Shown piece by piece: positions 61,290 to 64,000 of a DNA stretch of 64,000 nt (position 1 is its first letter; every line of letters starts with the position of its first letter). The position numbers were made by a program, and so were the translations under genes. The notes beneath the pieces are model-generated. The model was not told the DNA's origin and did no database searches. It worked only from the letters and a program-made list of their open reading frames with translations. The DNA lies in contig OZ024740.1 of assembly GCA_964016885.1 (NCBI GenBank), positions 220,286,001-220,350,000 of the forward strand. Reading direction: 5' to 3'. The DNA comes from Eledone cirrhosa. Taxonomy: Eukaryota.

Positions 61290-62172
61290 ACGCTTTGCAC
61301 CTTTTTATATAGCTGTCATCCTTAATACGTGTCCATACCAATGCAATCTCCTCTCCTGCACACTGCATCTGATCCCTTTTTGCTTAGTTTCCCTCTCAGT
61401 TCATTTATGATTTGACATTCATTTATATTACTATTACACATTATTTATCGGTGGATTGGCAGTATCGGTAGAGAGTCGGACACCATGCTTTCCAGCATAG
61501 TTACGTCCCTTTACGATTTGAGTTCAAATCCCGCCGAGGTTGACTTTGCCTTTCATCCTTACGGGGTCGATAAAATAAAGTACCAGTAATGCACTGGATA
61601 ATTGCTGGCCTTGTGCCTAAAGTAGAAACAATTATTTATATTATTCATTTACATTCATAATATAATATTCATTTATATTATTATTACAAAGGCGAGGTTG
61701 ACTTTGCCTTTCATCCTTACGGGGTCGATAAAATAAAGTACCAGTAATGCACTGGGTAATTGCTGGCCTTGTGCCTAAAGTAGAAACAATTATTATTACA
61801 CATCCATTGAAGCATGTAAGTTCATTTCTTTCCAATCTTTGCAGGTCGTCTGCACGTAGTCCCCAGCCCTCACTACCATGCAACATTGCTGTTCATATTC
61901 ACGCATTATACAATCTGCCCTTTGTTTTGAGGGATAAACCCTTAGTAGTTAGCAGCAGTAGTAGCTCCCTGAACTTTATCCATCCCACTCTCACTCAAGC
62001 TACTGTACTTTCGGAACACTCACTTTCACTTCTGATTTGGTCACCCAGGTAACAGAAGCTATCTACAGTTTCCAAGGAACCCTCCAATAACTTGATAGAA
62101 CTTACTGCTCCTGTGCATTGGCCACATGTAAAACCTATGTTCTTAGATAACCTACCTGAGATTCCACTATCT
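61290..62172 (-). pseudogene. Decayed RTE 3' fragment interrupted by two SINE insertions
   Basis: SGISGRLSKNIGFTCGQC...VDSFCYLGDQI and MLHGSEGW...LERNE match the intact ORF. SINEs at 61449-61635 and 61692-61790. Confidence 0.88.
61449..61790 (+). mobile_element. Two adjacent family-A SINEs (one full, one 5'-truncated)
   Basis: Near-identical 3' halves. The second is flanked by an attattattaca duplication. Confidence 0.88.
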
Positions 62173-62461
62173 CTTGTGTACTCATAGTTATATATATATA
62201 TGTATATATAACGATATAGAACTAGGACTTGGGTGGGGATTGGGGAGGTAGATCTAGGGATGGGGATGTCAGGTGGGATGTTGGGCATGGGTGGAGTGTT
62301 CGGATGTATGTTTCAGCTCATGCACAGGGGAAGGCAGTTCTGTATTGTTGTATAACAGCAAGTGGTGATGAATATATATAGTAGGAGTGATGTATGTATA
62401 ATATGATGTACAGTGGCATATCATCATCATCATCATCATCACCATCACCACCAATTTAAAA

Positions 62462-62670
62462 TCACTTGGCAAAGAAGTGCCAGGAAATCCCAGTGGATGG
62501 ATGGGAAGCCACAGTAGAGGTAGACCAAGAAAGACCTGGGCAGAGGTGAGATGAGCTAAGACTCACAGAGGGGATGAGAAAGGAACATAGCGAGTGGAGA
62601 AATGCTGTGATGAAAAGGAACCATCCAACTCATGCAAGTATGAAAAAATGGACATAAAAACGATGATGAT
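62462..62670 (+). mobile_element. RTE 3' end fragment (short 3' UTR type)
   Basis: ggtagaccaagaaagacctgg encodes GRPRKTW. Followed by ccaactcatgcaagtatgaaaaaatggacataaaaacgatgatgat. Confidence 0.8.
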
Positions 62671-62706
62671 CATGAACTTTTCAGACTATGAAAATTTCAG
62701 CCAACC

Positions 62707-62792
<86 letters not shown>

Positions 62793-62796
62793 TGTG

Positions 62797-62829
<33 letters not shown>

Positions 62830-63254
62830 ATATATATACATATATGTATATATTTGCATTAGATGAATACGATGGGTAGGATATCATGTTTACAGTTAAT
62901 CCTAAAGCTGTAATACATTTGGGATGAAACTTAAGTAGTTCCAAGAATAACTCCAAAACTAGCTCCAAGAATAGTTCCAAACTATGAGAAACTAACTACA
63001 CATTCAAGTAATTTACTCTTTTACTCGCTTCACTCATTCGAAGTTGTTTATATTGTTGTTCAGCCCAAAGTCAATCTCGATCAAGCAAAACTATGATGAA
63101 AGACAATTCTAGCCATTACCATGTTTTTTTTTGTTTTTGTTTTTGTTTTTGTTTTTGTTTTTGTATCCCCCCCCCCCTCACTCTCTCCAATATGTTGGGA
63201 GCCAAGGACCACATTATCCAATATGTCCTTTCTTTTAAGACGATAAGATGTGAT

Positions 63255-63539
63255 TTAACCCTTTTGATACCAAACTACCTGAAACTGTCCTTGGTTTTAT
63301 GATACAAAGCTGTTTATTTTAAAATGTTTAAAAACTTCCCATCATAATTTTATATTAGAAACTTTGTTAAGTTATATTCCAAACACCATATATATTTGTA
63401 TTACTAAATCCCTCAAAATTCTTGATTATTTTCAAAATCAATTGAAACAGATAGGCAGTGTTTCTTTATGTTTTTTTCTGTGGTTTTCTTAATTTATTTA
63501 TTTATTTTTTTTTTAGAAATATGGTAATGAAAGGGTTAA
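63255..63539. mobile_element. piggyBac-type MITE family 2 (copies near 2313, 18024, 24960, 31510, 31800, 45950, plus the copy split by the RTE at 13000-13091 and 17527-17700)
   Basis: TTAA CCCTTT..TACC ... GGTA..AAAGGG TTAA termini; shared AT-rich interior. Confidence 0.8.
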
Positions 63540-63759
63540 GGTAGATTTGATTGTTATCTATAGCATGTCAAGTGAACATGAAGAAGCTCCTTTATTGAAG
63601 TTGCTTTGTGCCTTGCAAGGCTAAAGTGACTTTACTCTATGATGTCCCCTTTTGTTCAAGGAAACAAATCCAAGAGAGTAAATAGAAGAGAGTGGGGTGA
63701 GAGAGAGATGACAGGGGAGGACTTATGTGAGTGGAGTGATAAACAGAATGCTTGGAGTG

Positions 63760-64000
63760 GGAACATAGTAGAGGAGAGAGTAACTGGAAGGAAGTAAGTG
63801 CTGGAGGGTATATTGGGACAGAGAGAGAGAGTGCTGGAGAGGGTAATAGAGGAAAGGAAGAGAGAGAGGATGCTGAAGGAGGTGATGGAAGAGAGAGAGA
63901 GAGGGTGCAAAGGGAGGTAATGGAAGAGAGAGAGAGTGCTGAAGGAGGTAATAGAAGAGAGAGTGCTGAAGGGGTAAGGGAAGAGAGAGAGAGTGCTGAA
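63760..64000. repeat. GA-rich ~30-bp tandem repeat running off the window
   Basis: Unit gagagagagtgctgaaggaggtaat.gaa. Confidence 0.85.

Overview
AT-rich, repeat-dense eukaryotic DNA. The SINE types, RTE LINEs and (TA)n/(CAT)n/(CA)n load suggest a cephalopod, probably an octopus (inference, no search run). No host gene can be called with confidence, and most short ORFs in the track are microsatellite or transposon artefacts. The main supported feature is an apparently intact single-ORF RTE-clade LINE (ORF 13495-16731, minus strand) with APE and RT domains and a C4HC3 PHD-type finger inserted inside the RT. It sits inside a TTAA-flanked MITE. The rest is decayed RTE, CR1, Tx1/L1, CRE, Gypsy and mariner relics, a non-autonomous Helitron, at least three tRNA-derived SINE families, several MITE families, minisatellites and fold-back palindromes. 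Main leads: (1) a complete minimal type-I hammerhead ribozyme fold at 29124-29194 inside a Penelope-like inverted repeat; (2) the PHD-in-RT LINE, whose long 3' UTR is shared with a CORE-SINE and seeds minisatellites; (3) an ATG-less 262-codon minus-strand frame at 21752-22537, missed by the ORF track, encoding a 10-aa repeat and a hydrophobic tail; (4) a possible SINE/Tx1 3'-end pairing; (5) CpG-retaining promoter-like islands.
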